From: Promethearchaeia archaeon | GTDB lineage: Archaea; Asgardarchaeota; Lokiarchaeia; Sigyniarchaeales; SOKP01 | Length of the DNA stretch: 64,000 nucleotides | Reading direction: 5' to 3' | Assembly: GCA_029856155.1 (NCBI GenBank) | Contig: JAHQWL010000052.1 | Location: 64,001 to 128,000 of the forward strand | Shown: positions 9,800 to 20,429 of the stretch, one piece after another | Numbering within the stretch: the first letter of the stretch is position 1 | How the letters are laid out: the number at the start of each line of letters is the position of its first letter | Position numbers and translations under genes: made by a program | The notes under the pieces: model-generated | Databases searched by the model: none | What the model was told of the DNA's origin: nothing | The model's input: the letters and a program-made list of their open reading frames with translations, nothing else

Positions 9800-10480
9800 T
9801 TGATTCCAATTTCAGAGTATCTTTCTTTAGCATTATCAATCGAGTATATTGTTATAACTCATAAAGAATCAAAAGAGATTATTTACTATAAAACAGCTGG
9901 TGATTTTGATCCCGATTTTCTCGATATTTTTCGAAGCTCAATTCAATATGATATCTTGGATTTACCATTAGAAGAAGGAGCAATCGAACAAGCAACTTTA
10001 GAAGGCAAATATTTAATAACACGTGCGGGTAAACTGATTTGGACTACCATAATAACTAACCAAAAACCTATTATTATTGCAAGGGAAGCTTTAACTTCTT
10101 TTTGTTCTAGATTTGAAAAGTTATATAATCAAGAGCTTAGGGATTTATATACGGAATTCAATGGAGATATTTCGATTTTTCAACGTAAATCATTATACAA
10201 AGTAAGTGCAGATATGATTGTTGATGATGAGTTCAGTTTACGACTTACATTACCATATAAATTGGGATCTACTAAAGGAAAAGAAATATCTTTAAAAAAA
10301 AAAGAAATACTCCAAATTGCTAAAGATATTGCTCATAAAAACAAAGGGCGATTATTACTTGGAACTTTATTTACTAAAGCATGCCATGCTTTAAAATTGG
10401 ATAATGTGGAGATTGCGATGTTAATTTATAATTTAGTTGAAAATGAAATATTTATACGTATTCCTTTAGAAGATTTATAA
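9800..10480 (+). CDS. Hypothetical protein, longin-like N-terminus and helical/wHTH-like C-terminus
   Basis: YIVITHKESKEIIYY...FCSRFEKLY...FNGDISIF resembles longin-type proteins. Confidence 0.5.
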   Translation: MIPISEYLSLALSIEYIVITHKESKEIIYYKTAGDFDPDFLDIFRSSIQYDILDLPLEEGAIEQATLEGKYLITRAGKLIWTTIITNQKPIIIAREALTSFCSRFEKLYNQELRDLYTEFNGDISIFQRKSLYKVSADMIVDDEFSLRLTLPYKLGSTKGKEISLKKKEILQIAKDIAHKNKGRLLLGTLFTKACHALKLDNVEIAMLIYNLVENEIFIRIPLEDL

Positions 10481-10606
10481 AAGAAATTTGCTTTACATTT
10501 TAAGATTTAGTATTAATTATTTAATGCAGAGGAAATTGAATAAACATTAATAGTAGCAAATCAAATTATTATATATTTATTTTTAAAAAATTAGGGAGAT
10601 ATATAT

Positions 10607-11899
10607 ATGAAGTTAACAGAAATTATCGGTCTTACCGAAAACCATGCTAAAAAATTAGAAAAAGAAGGGATCTCTAAAATAGAAGATCTTCTTCAGCTTA
10701 CAAATAATGAAATTAGGAAGTTGGCTAGAAAGATAGGTGTAACAGTGAAGTTGGTGGATACATGGCAAGAGCATGCGGATTTGATGCGAATTCAAGGTGT
10801 TAATTCCGAAATAGCTAATGCATTAAATCTTATAGGTGTAGATTCTGTGAAGGAATTTGCAAATAGAAATGCTAAAAGTACATTTGAAAAATTAAAACAA
10901 TTTAAAAAAGATAATCCTAAAGCTCTCACAAAAATTCCATCTCAAAAAGAAATTGAAAGTTGGATTAAAGCAGCCAAGGATCTTTCAGGAACCCCTGAGA
11001 AACAACCTGCGAAGAAACCGGTGAAGAAACCCGTAAAAAAAGAAGAACCTGCTCCAAGTCCCATTCCTAAAATTGATTATGTACCCATCGAGGAATTTAA
11101 AGGAGATTATGGAAAATACGGTCCGGATTATTGGAATAATAAATGGGAAACGGCTCCAATCATATATACTGGTAGAGCATTAAGAGCAGAAGTGTACAAG
11201 AAACAAATAGATGTAGATGTTAAAGCTTTTATTAAAAAAAATGATGCGATTCTATGGCATGTTGTAACTCAAGTTGGTTTAAGAAAAGACACTCCTAATG
11301 AAACAGCATTAGCTATCCAAAATTTCGTGTGTAATTTTCTGAAGTATAAATATGATGATTTAACTGCTGAAGTGCCAGAATTTTGGCTGTTCCCCTTCGA
11401 GAGTATACAATCAGAGATTGGAGATTGTGAAGATGGAGCAATTCTGATTGCGGCTCTATTGATCAATGCAGGTATCCCTAGTTGGCGTGTAAAAGTATCG
11501 GCTGCTGAAGTTTTGGCTGATCCTGTTTTTGCCCCATCAGATTCTGAATTAGGAGGTCATGCTTATTGTCTTTATCTCGCTGATAGACCCGAATCCGAAA
11601 GGAAATTAGAATGGGTAATACTTGATTGGTGTTATTTGCAAGATCCAGAGATTCCTGTCGAAGAAAAACCACTTGCAGGAGATGGTGGAACAGAGGGTGC
11701 TTATAGGGATGTTCTCTTTACATTTAATGATGAGTATAGTTGGGCTCAAACAGCGTTAGAAGTGAAAGAAGGGAGGATAAGTCAGAACCGAACTACTAAA
11801 AAGGATGAAATTTTAGCCCCATTAGAGGATATTTTAAAACACCTTGCAGATGAAGAGCTTAAAAAAATATTCAGAAAATATGGTATTGAAATTGAATGA
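10607..11899 (+). CDS. DUF4332 (HhH) domain + transglutaminase-like cysteine protease domain
   Basis: WQEHADLMRIQGV...GVDSVKE; K/P-rich linker; GDCEDGA, GHAY and LDW triad motifs. Confidence 0.75.
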   Translation: MKLTEIIGLTENHAKKLEKEGISKIEDLLQLTNNEIRKLARKIGVTVKLVDTWQEHADLMRIQGVNSEIANALNLIGVDSVKEFANRNAKSTFEKLKQFKKDNPKALTKIPSQKEIESWIKAAKDLSGTPEKQPAKKPVKKPVKKEEPAPSPIPKIDYVPIEEFKGDYGKYGPDYWNNKWETAPIIYTGRALRAEVYKKQIDVDVKAFIKKNDAILWHVVTQVGLRKDTPNETALAIQNFVCNFLKYKYDDLTAEVPEFWLFPFESIQSEIGDCEDGAILIAALLINAGIPSWRVKVSAAEVLADPVFAPSDSELGGHAYCLYLADRPESERKLEWVILDWCYLQDPEIPVEEKPLAGDGGTEGAYRDVLFTFNDEYSWAQTALEVKEGRISQNRTTKKDEILAPLEDILKHLADEELKKIFRKYGIEIE

Positions 11900-11939
11900 T
11901 TAACAAGCTTAAGTTATTCTTTTTCTAATTTTTTTTATA

Positions 11940-12557
11940 TTATTTTTCATTAAATAGAGATGTTCCACACTTAGGACAATATGCAACTTCTCGACCAATT
12001 TCAGCTCCACACTTATTACATATTATTTTAAATTCTAGAGTTGGTGGTATATTTTGCATAACATTTTTAAGAGTTTGATTTAGAGCATTTTGAATGTCGA
12101 TAATTTTTTGACTCTGTTCTTCACTAGGAAATGAATGAATAAAGATCGATGAGAGTTCTACTAAAAAATTCTCAACAAACTTTAGCTGATCGTAATAGTT
12201 TTTGTTCACCTTAAATTTTAATAGTTCTTCTCCTGCTTCAGTTAAAGAATAAACTTTTCTTAATGGTCCTATGGGGCTTTTTACTTTCTTAGCTTTTAAA
12301 AATCCATCTTTTTCTAATTTTCTTAATAGTGGATAAATAGTACCAGATTGCGCTTCCCAAGTACCTGCGAAATGTCTATTCAAATTTTTTATTAAATCAT
12401 AGCCAGAAAGCTGTTCACTATTGAAAATTGTCTCAATAATAGTAAATTCAAGTGGAGTGAGCTTGTTTTTTTGAAGATTTTCAAGAATTTCCTTTTTAAG
12501 TAGAGCACCCAATTCTTCAATATCATCTTCAAGATCTAAAAACTTACCTAACCACAT
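11940..12557 (-). CDS. PadR-family regulator with C-terminal zinc ribbon
   Basis: GYDLIK, GTIYPLLRKLEKDG, RKVYSLTEAG; CNKC...CPKCG. Confidence 0.85.
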   Translation of the reverse strand: MWLGKFLDLEDDIEELGALLKKEILENLQKNKLTPLEFTIIETIFNSEQLSGYDLIKNLNRHFAGTWEAQSGTIYPLLRKLEKDGFLKAKKVKSPIGPLRKVYSLTEAGEELLKFKVNKNYYDQLKFVENFLVELSSIFIHSFPSEEQSQKIIDIQNALNQTLKNVMQNIPPTLEFKIICNKCGAEIGREVAYCPKCGTSLFNEK

Positions 12558-12570
12558 TTTGAAATTATCC

Positions 12571-13083
12571 TTATTGATTTCTTTCTTGTTTTTTCCTCAT
12601 TTTTTCTAATTCTTTTTCAATTGCATGTTCTTTTTTTGATCTAAGCTTCCCGCCTTCTTCAGCTTTTCCACTAAAATATTGTATGTAAATTATTAAATGT
12701 AAAATAACAGCTGTACCCCAAAATATAGCTGGAAAAATAACCCAGTAAAACATTGGAAATGTTAAAATGTTGATGATAAAAAGGAAAAGCATAACAAAAG
12801 TGAAAGAATTTATATGATAAATTACGCCTCGTTTAGCCATTGGATAAACACCCCTTGCGTATAAAATATATGCTAAAACATGCATATTAAATCCTATTAA
12901 CCATGAAAAAAAAGGATAAACAAACCAAGGGAACTCAGGGGTAAATATGAAATTTACTATGGAAAGCAATAGATTTACTAGAATAAAAACTGTTAAATGG
13001 ATCTTAACAGAAAATCGGAAATTTACTTTCTGTTCTGCAATTTTTCTTAAACTTTCTTCAGAAAATGCATTATTTTCATTCAT
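12571..13083 (-). CDS. Tandem 2TM-domain membrane protein
   Basis: Two repeats of HL..F...N......W...P...WG..L..H. Confidence 0.7.
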   Translation of the reverse strand: MNENNAFSEESLRKIAEQKVNFRFSVKIHLTVFILVNLLLSIVNFIFTPEFPWFVYPFFSWLIGFNMHVLAYILYARGVYPMAKRGVIYHINSFTFVMLFLFIINILTFPMFYWVIFPAIFWGTAVILHLIIYIQYFSGKAEEGGKLRSKKEHAIEKELEKMRKKQERNQ

Positions 13084-13422
13084 ATTTCATCATTATATTT
13101 GGGAAATCTAAAGTGAATTATTTTAAATTACAAAAATAAATTCTAGTATATATACTTGTTGTATCTACATACCAATCAAGAAACCTTGAAAACATTAAAA
13201 TTAAGACGATTAAATAGTATTGATTTAAGATTTTCAATGTTAGATATAAATATGACTTCAAGTTTTATCAAGATCTTTAAATTCAGTCATATCATTGAAT
13301 GTAATACTAATTATACTCGGAATAATAAAATCAATCAAGATGATTAAGAGTAGCAAAAAGTATAAATATTAATTTTTGTATTTTATCTAAATCCTGCCCC
13401 ATATTAGACTTATAACTTAATC

Positions 13423-14076
13423 ATGTCAACGTTATCAGAATATCTTGAAAAATTAGAGGATTGGGACCACCGGGCATTTTTAAGTATTTATAAAAGTGAT
13501 TTTAGTAGAAGAACTAAAAAATTCGCAATTGTATATAGTTTTTTTGGGTCCATGTATTTTTGGGGGTTGGTTTGGTTAATATGGTTTTTCTATGGATATG
13601 TTACGAAAGATTACTCTCTCTTGGTGCTATTTACTGGCGGTTTCGAACAAAGTATCATTATTCATAGCATCATACGTTATAAAATAATTAGAAGAAATCG
13701 CCCTTTCATTACACTTCAAAAAGAAGGTGTAAAGAAACACGATGATTTTATTAGGATTCCATACCTCATGAAAGAATCAGAAAAACAATCATTCCCTTCA
13801 GGGCATGTAACCTTTATATTATTTTTTGGTTTTATCTTTGCTTATTATTTTACGCAATATTTTTGGATTATTTTATCTGTTTTTATCATATTAGATATTA
13901 TAATGGCAATTTCAAGATTAATACTAGGAGTACATTTCCCGATTGATGTAATTTTTGGATTTTTTTTCGCAATATTATATGCTCTTTTGTATCTTGGTAT
14001 TACTTATACATATTGGGTTACTTTCTATTATTGGCTTGGAGAAATTTTCTCACCAATAATTCATTTCTGGTTATAA
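13423..14076 (+). CDS. PAP2 family membrane phosphatase
   Basis: RRNRP, SFPSGH, SRLILGVHFPIDV. Confidence 0.88.
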   Translation: MSTLSEYLEKLEDWDHRAFLSIYKSDFSRRTKKFAIVYSFFGSMYFWGLVWLIWFFYGYVTKDYSLLVLFTGGFEQSIIIHSIIRYKIIRRNRPFITLQKEGVKKHDDFIRIPYLMKESEKQSFPSGHVTFILFFGFIFAYYFTQYFWIILSVFIILDIIMAISRLILGVHFPIDVIFGFFFAILYALLYLGITYTYWVTFYYWLGEIFSPIIHFWL

Positions 14077-14119
14077 GACAGAGTAACTTTTTTTTATATC
14101 ATAATTTTCTACTACTATA

Positions 14120-15571
14120 ATGACTATAAATGATAGTTCAGAAGATTTTGAAGAAAAAACAGGTTTTATAAGATTAATAAAAAGACTATGGCCCCATTTT
14201 CTTATTTATAATTCTTATGCTTTTACTGTTTCTGCATTATTTATCAATATTGTATATATTGCTAATATAATATGGGCCAGTGATGCACCTTTTGCTTTTG
14301 AGTTTCATGCTAGCGAGTTAGGGGTTTTAACGGGAACTTCAATTTACATAATGGCTTTTTCAGGCATTTTATTTGGTGCTTTAGCTGATAAATTTTCTCG
14401 AACTAAGTTAATGGCACTTGTTGAATTGATATATGGAATTGGTTTACTTTTTAACGGATTTGTCATAGAAGGTAAAGGTCAAACCACATATGTCTTATTT
14501 TTAACATTTAGTCTAGTTAGAGGTTTTTCAATTGGGGGTATCTGGCCTCTTATTACTTCCCATGTGAACGACTCAACAGAAGATAGAGAACGATCTCAAT
14601 TTTTTGGTGCTATACAAGGATTATATCAACTGTTTCAAATTGTTGGAATGATAATTTCAGCACTGTCATTTCAATATAATTACTGGAGACAATATTTCGT
14701 AATAATGGGATTTATAGCTTTTTTTTTTGGATTCATTATATTAGTAAGAGGAAAAGAGCCGAAACGGGGTGCAACTCGTAAAGAACTAAAAAATGTTCTT
14801 TCAAGTGAAGATGTTGTGTATGAATATAAATTAACTAAAGAAACAATAAAATCAACAATAATTAAACCTACAAATTTAATTGCATTTTTCGAAGGAATCT
14901 TTACGACAATATTATTAGCTGTTCCCGATTTTCTGCTTATTGCATATTTACAAAGTCCTCCCCATAATATCTCTCCACTTGCAGTTGCTATTTTTTTAAT
15001 AATCTTTGGAATGCCAGGGGGTTTACTTGGTTCTTTCGCGTTTGCTAAAGTTTCAGATAGGTTAGGCAAAAAAAATATTAAATACAGAATTTATATGATA
15101 GTTTTATCAATCATTACATTATTTGTAGGTTTTATATTTTTCTTTACTCTACCAATTCCAAACATGACGGTTGAACAAGGTAATAATATAATATTTATCT
15201 TCTCAATCCCAACTTTTTGGATACTGGGTGTGATAATATTTATAGGACGTTCTTTTGTTGGTCTCTGGAATATAAATCAACCTCCCATTCTTCAAGAGAT
15301 AAATTTACCTGAAGCTCAAGGGAAGATTAGCTCAGCAAACCAATTTTTAGAAGCGATGGGTAGCGGTACAGGTCCAATAATTGCGGGAGTTGTATTAACA
15401 ATTTTTAATCAAAATTTCCAAATAACAGTTTTCGTGACGTTACTTTTAGGTATTATGGGCGGTCTCTTATGGTTAATTGCTACTAAATGGATAAATAGTG
15501 ATGTAAATCGTGTTTCCGCTATTTTAAAACAACGGGAAAAAGAATTAAATAATATATCTAATTCAGATTAA
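14120..15571 (+). CDS. MFS transporter
   Basis: 12 TM pattern; GALADKFSRTK and SDRLGKK motif A. Confidence 0.85.
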   Translation: MTINDSSEDFEEKTGFIRLIKRLWPHFLIYNSYAFTVSALFINIVYIANIIWASDAPFAFEFHASELGVLTGTSIYIMAFSGILFGALADKFSRTKLMALVELIYGIGLLFNGFVIEGKGQTTYVLFLTFSLVRGFSIGGIWPLITSHVNDSTEDRERSQFFGAIQGLYQLFQIVGMIISALSFQYNYWRQYFVIMGFIAFFFGFIILVRGKEPKRGATRKELKNVLSSEDVVYEYKLTKETIKSTIIKPTNLIAFFEGIFTTILLAVPDFLLIAYLQSPPHNISPLAVAIFLIIFGMPGGLLGSFAFAKVSDRLGKKNIKYRIYMIVLSIITLFVGFIFFFTLPIPNMTVEQGNNIIFIFSIPTFWILGVIIFIGRSFVGLWNINQPPILQEINLPEAQGKISSANQFLEAMGSGTGPIIAGVVLTIFNQNFQITVFVTLLLGIMGGLLWLIATKWINSDVNRVSAILKQREKELNNISNSD

Positions 15572-15637
15572 TAAATTGAAAAATTTTATAATAATCATAA
15601 ATCTTTTTTTCCTTGTTTTTTTTTCTTTATTGATACT

Positions 15638-16957
15638 ATGCGTCTAACTTTAAAGAATAGTAAAAAGCAGTTAGTACCTGACCATCATAAATTCACTTCG
15701 GACTTCAATTCAGTCATATTTATTGTTATTTGGAATTCACTCGGTTTCTTTTTTATAGAATTCATTATGGCTTACTTAATTAAACAAGTTTTAAATTATC
15801 CTGCTACTAATCTCGGTTTATTTTTTTCATTTATTACTCTTGGAGGTTTAATTAGCTCTTCATTCATTGGATATTTAACTGATCGTTTTTCTAAGCGAAT
15901 TTTAGTCATGATAGGTTCTTTTGGTAGAGGTATATCATATTTTGGGCTCTACATTTCAATAATACTGCATTCTTTAACAGGAATGTATATTAGCGCTTTT
16001 CTCTTAGGTCTGGGAGCATATATTTTCTGGAATCCATTGGATTCTATAATTTCTGAGAAATCTTCAAAATATCATCGATCTTCTGCCTTTGGAAAGAGAA
16101 GATTTGCTTTAGGCATTGGAATGGTACTTGGAACAATTATTGGATTTACTATCTTTAGTATCGCAAACATACTTACTCCACTTAATGATTTTATAATTTA
16201 TGGTGCAATACCAGTATATGGAATTGCTAATTTTTACGCGGGAATTCAATTCTCACGAAAAGTGGATGAACATAAAAAATTCATTTATCCAGAAGATTTA
16301 AACAATGGTTTAACAGAACAGGATTTGGAGTCTCCTATAAGAACCTCAGAAACTCCAGTAAAGCGATTTTTTCTACTTGGAATTATTCTGGTATTCACTG
16401 GACTTTTTTTAAGTTCAATAAATGTTGGATTCTATCGTCCTTATATTCAGCCTTACATCTTAGAAAATGTTAATAGTAATCCTTCTATAGTTTCTTGGTT
16501 TTACTTACCTACGGCATTGATAGGAGCTTTACTAGCACCTAAATTAGGTACAATGGCAGATAAAGTCAATCCTTACCTTGGAATTTCAATCGCTAGTTTC
16601 TTTGGAGGAATCATAACTTTTTTAATTATATACACTCAAAATTTATGGTTTTTTTCATTTTTACTTATTTTTGATAATACAATAATGTTAACTTCTGGAT
16701 TTATTTTTATTAATGTTCTTAGTCGAGTTTCTGTCAAACATCGTGGAAAGATCTTCAGTACAATTACTCTTTTTGAGTCAATTGGAATGATTATTGGCCC
16801 ATTATTAGGAGGAGTTGTGTGGGAGACTATTAGTCCTCAAGCTCCCTTTATGATTTCAATTATTGTTGAGTGGTCTTTAATATCATTTTTTGTTATTGGG
16901 ATCCATATTATCAATCCTTATTTAGTAGAATCTATAAAAAACCAGAAAAGAAAATAA
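15638..16957 (+). CDS. MFS transporter
   Basis: GYLTDRFSKR; GMIIGPLLGG; 12 TM. Confidence 0.85.
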   Translation: MRLTLKNSKKQLVPDHHKFTSDFNSVIFIVIWNSLGFFFIEFIMAYLIKQVLNYPATNLGLFFSFITLGGLISSSFIGYLTDRFSKRILVMIGSFGRGISYFGLYISIILHSLTGMYISAFLLGLGAYIFWNPLDSIISEKSSKYHRSSAFGKRRFALGIGMVLGTIIGFTIFSIANILTPLNDFIIYGAIPVYGIANFYAGIQFSRKVDEHKKFIYPEDLNNGLTEQDLESPIRTSETPVKRFFLLGIILVFTGLFLSSINVGFYRPYIQPYILENVNSNPSIVSWFYLPTALIGALLAPKLGTMADKVNPYLGISIASFFGGIITFLIIYTQNLWFFSFLLIFDNTIMLTSGFIFINVLSRVSVKHRGKIFSTITLFESIGMIIGPLLGGVVWETISPQAPFMISIIVEWSLISFFVIGIHIINPYLVESIKNQKRK

Positions 16958-16992
16958 GGAAAAATAGAAATTGTTATAAATTAGAAAATTAT

Positions 16993-17529
16993 CTAATACC
17001 ATTCAACAAACTCGTCTAATGTACGTCTCTCTCTTTCTTTTGCATGTACTTTTTCTCGAGCTTCATCAATATGCCCAATAGCAATGATACCCATTAACTC
17101 AAACTTGTCTATTGGAAATTTAAAAATCTCATTAACTTCTTCTTTGCGATTTAAAATTTCTCCTATCCAAGCACCACCAATATCCTCTTGTGCATGAATC
17201 CCCAACAGAGCATTTTCCATGAATGCCCCAATAGCTTGAATATCCTTTACTCTGTTATAACCTCTTTCAAGATCTAAGAATATCACTAAATTAACATATG
17301 CATCTTCAATAATCCCGCCATATTTAGAGAGCTCCGATAGCATTCTTTTAACAGTGGGATGAATAACTATACAAACTCGCCAAGGTTGACTATTATTTCC
17401 AGAAGGTGCCCATCGAGCGCCTTCTAGTATATTTAAAATCGTTTCTTTATCAATTTTCTGATAGATGAAGCTCCTAGTGCTTTTTCTCTGTTTAATAAAC
17501 TCGATAAAATCATTTTTAATAAGATCCAT
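16993..17529 (-). CDS. Nitroreductase family protein
   Basis: RKSTRSF, ARWAPSGNNSQPW; ATG 17529 preferred over TTG 17571. Confidence 0.85.
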   Translation of the reverse strand: MDLIKNDFIEFIKQRKSTRSFIYQKIDKETILNILEGARWAPSGNNSQPWRVCIVIHPTVKRMLSELSKYGGIIEDAYVNLVIFLDLERGYNRVKDIQAIGAFMENALLGIHAQEDIGGAWIGEILNRKEEVNEIFKFPIDKFELMGIIAIGHIDEAREKVHAKERERRTLDEFVEWY

Positions 17530-17704
17530 ATTTAAAAAATTGGTAAATATACTAATAAAAACTTTTCCCAATCTACAATATTTTCTACATATTATTTGGA
17601 TATTCTTCTGGATATTTCTTCTATTTATGTTTATTAGAGATTATTAATACACTGAATATAAGAATTTTAGACTCGTTCTAGAAAAAAATATTGAGGTTAC
17701 TTAT

Positions 17705-18049
17705 ATGGGTAAACTTTGGGGAAAAAAGGAAGATAATGAGCTATTAGGCTCTCCACAAGAAACAATGGGTTTTTCCAAGGAATATTCTTCATTGCTTCAA
17801 AATTTTATAATAAGGAAATATGATTTCACAAATCTTAACCAAGTTGAAGATATTAAGAACCAATTACTAAAAAGAAAAATATTAATCATTAATGCAAAAG
17901 AAGTCCTTGAAAATGTTGATATTTCAGAGCTTAAAAGACAAATAGAGGATCTAAAGTCTTTCCTACGAGAGAATGGTGGTAGTATGGGAAGACTTGGAGA
18001 TCATTATTTAATAATTACCCCCAATGCGCATGTTAAAATAGCAAATTGA
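17705..18049 (+). CDS. sepF: Archaeal SepF-like cell division protein
   Basis: ILIIN...ELKRQIEDLK....GGSMGRLGDHYLIITP..VKI matches the SepF core. Confidence 0.7.
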   Translation: MGKLWGKKEDNELLGSPQETMGFSKEYSSLLQNFIIRKYDFTNLNQVEDIKNQLLKRKILIINAKEVLENVDISELKRQIEDLKSFLRENGGSMGRLGDHYLIITPNAHVKIAN

Positions 18050-18117
18050 ACTGTTATCTCTTTTTTCGTCCACGTTAAAAATTGTATAAAGCTTTTATAT
18101 TGATTGAGAACTCTTAT

Positions 18118-18891
18118 TTAATCATTAAAGAACCTCTTTTTAATAGCATCTACAACTTCTTGGGTTCGTGTGACTATCGGAACGTGTCCTGCTCCCTTAA
18201 TTACAATCAGTTCTGCATCAGAGAGAGTTTTTTTTAGAAAATGAGAATTTTCTATTATATGTTCTCCATCTTTATCACCATACACTATAAGCGTTGGAAT
18301 CTGTATTTTATGTAACGGATAATCCGTTTCTCCTTCTGCAGTTAATTCAAGAATTCTGACAGCTACTTCAGGATTAGGCCGTAGACATATATAGACACCC
18401 ATTCGTTTCATATGTTCTATATTGGGTTCTGGCATGATAGATTCAATAAACGCTTCTATTGCTCCTTGATGATCAGATTTTATGAAATTGATGAACTGCT
18501 TTCTATTTTCATCTATAGGTTTGGCATTGGGTAAGTTTGTGTCAATTAGTATAAGCCCCTTAAATCGTTCAGGTTGTTGAAGTGCAGCTAGCAGAGCTAC
18601 AGCTCCACCAAAAGATTCTCCTCCTAAATAGCATTTCTCAATTCCTAGTTTATCCATAATGATAAACAAATCATTAACATATGATTGTTTTGAGATAGTC
18701 TCAGGAGGAGCAAGACTTTCCCCTGAACCGCGATGATCATAACCAACACATCGCATTTTTGTACTTAATTCTTCAAAAACAAACATCCAAACACGCCAAT
18801 CAGCAACAAAACCACTGATACCAAGAAAAGTTTCTTCTCCAGAACCAAAAGAAACAGTATTCATTTTAATTCCATTAATATCTATAAACAT
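18118..18891 (-). CDS. Alpha/beta hydrolase
   Basis: YDHRGSGES, GESFGG nucleophile elbow, GDKD, GAGH. Confidence 0.88.
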   Translation of the reverse strand: MFIDINGIKMNTVSFGSGEETFLGISGFVADWRVWMFVFEELSTKMRCVGYDHRGSGESLAPPETISKQSYVNDLFIIMDKLGIEKCYLGGESFGGAVALLAALQQPERFKGLILIDTNLPNAKPIDENRKQFINFIKSDHQGAIEAFIESIMPEPNIEHMKRMGVYICLRPNPEVAVRILELTAEGETDYPLHKIQIPTLIVYGDKDGEHIIENSHFLKKTLSDAELIVIKGAGHVPIVTRTQEVVDAIKKRFFND

Positions 18892-19016
18892 ATTACTTAA
18901 TCATCAATTTTTTACATAAATTCTTTTATACGGCTAATAAAGAATCTATTTTAAAATTATTTATGGATTTTGATGTCTGCAGAATAATTTATCAAATGTA
19001 AATTAAATTTTTAGTT

Positions 19017-19136
19017 TCAGTAGATTTTAGGGATTAATTTATACTTAACCCGCTCCCGATATTCTTTATAACCCTCAAGCCCTGTAAGAAGCATTTATTC
19101 TTCATACTTAATTCTGTCGCCAATTACTTTTAGCAT
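19017..19136 (-). pseudogene. Remnant of an isoprenylcysteine carboxyl methyltransferase (ICMT/PEMT-like) gene 3' end
   Basis: Reads MLKVIGDRIKYEE*MLLTGLEGYKEYRERVKYKLIPKIY*, the R..EE..L....GY..Y...V...LIP motif with an internal TAA. Confidence 0.65.
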
Positions 19137-19152
19137 AAATATATTAAAAACA

Positions 19153-20427
19153 TTACTTCTTCTTCCTTTTTTTTAAAATCTCAATAAAACTTTCAATCTG
19201 ATTGGACACTTGGACTTCATTGAATTTTCTAGGGTCATTCTGGTCAGAGTCTATTATTAGGGAAGGAATATCCTCCTCTTCACTTAATCGTCGTTTTAAA
19301 TCATAGAATGTAGTAGTATTTGGACGGCAGGATACATTATTATGCATTATTACGCCATCAATTTTCCAATCTTTTACCGTTTGCTTGAACCATTTTACTC
19401 TTGTTTCCAGATCAAAAATATACCAGAAGCTTAACATTAATGCACTCATACATTCGATAGGATCCTTTAATAATCTTTCTTTTGTAAATTCTTCAAATGG
19501 GTTAGAGAAAAACTTAGAGAATGCAAAAGTATAAGGTTCATAAACAATAATAGCATTGAACTTTTCTAACTTTGCGAAATATTTTAGCTGGTACCAGAAC
19601 GGTATTCCTTCAAACATAAGTCGAAACTCCTCATTCGGCAAAGCTCCTTCACCTGCATCCACCCTTTCTTTTGCCTCTCGGTACATTCTCTTGTATAGAT
19701 TAATTGGAGATTTAAGACCAGGCATTGTAAATAACGGAAAGAGTCCCCCAAAAGTGTCTTTTGTACTAATTGGAGAAGGTACAGTCTTTCTTAATTCATA
19801 AATTTCCTTCCATACCTTACTTAATTCATAAGAATTAGCAGCTACTTCTTTTGCCTTTTCCATATTGATTTCATTACCTGTATGCTCTTGGATAAACTCA
19901 AGAAGCTCCCACATCTGCTCTTCAACATATTTTTTAAAGTAATTTAGTTGTCGTTTACTTACATTACTTACGACATGAGGTACGTCGATAATGTAATGAG
20001 GAACTCCACCAAATCTTTCCGCTTGAACTTGGAACCAATGACTATGAGTATCACAAATAACATCACTTGATAACATAAATGTAGGTTTTCTAATACCACC
20101 TTTATAAACATCTACATCTTCCATTACTGCACCAACATTTGTTTTAAAGTAGCTACACATATCATATGAAAATCCTTCCTCTTCTGCTAATTCAATGAAT
20201 TTTTGAGAATACTTCTGAGCTGCTGAAATTGTTGCAGAATTCTCGGGGAGCATCGGTTGAACGTCCATAGCATAGAGTAATTCAACAGGACATCCAGACG
20301 TAGCCCATGCTGTTGGTTTTCCATCTCGATAGGCTTGTTCAATTGCTAAATAATGTCTTCCCATAGCATTTTTTAAACCCTGTGTAGCTTTTAACATTTT
20401 ACTTTTCTTTTCAGGCATTTTTTTCAC
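19153..20427 (-). CDS. 2-hydroxyacyl-CoA dehydratase / benzoyl-CoA reductase subunit (HgdA/BcrB-like)
   Basis: PEN, DMCSYFK, ICDT, DGVIMHNNVSCRP, DSDQNDPR. Confidence 0.85.
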   Translation of the reverse strand: MKKMPEKKSKMLKATQGLKNAMGRHYLAIEQAYRDGKPTAWATSGCPVELLYAMDVQPMLPENSATISAAQKYSQKFIELAEEEGFSYDMCSYFKTNVGAVMEDVDVYKGGIRKPTFMLSSDVICDTHSHWFQVQAERFGGVPHYIIDVPHVVSNVSKRQLNYFKKYVEEQMWELLEFIQEHTGNEINMEKAKEVAANSYELSKVWKEIYELRKTVPSPISTKDTFGGLFPLFTMPGLKSPINLYKRMYREAKERVDAGEGALPNEEFRLMFEGIPFWYQLKYFAKLEKFNAIIVYEPYTFAFSKFFSNPFEEFTKERLLKDPIECMSALMLSFWYIFDLETRVKWFKQTVKDWKIDGVIMHNNVSCRPNTTTFYDLKRRLSEEEDIPSLIIDSDQNDPRKFNEVQVSNQIESFIEILKKRKKK

Positions 20428-20429
20428 CT

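Noticed and set aside
13156-13347. 63-aa ORF in a divergent promoter region
   Set aside because: TTG start, no RBS or motif; probably non-coding.
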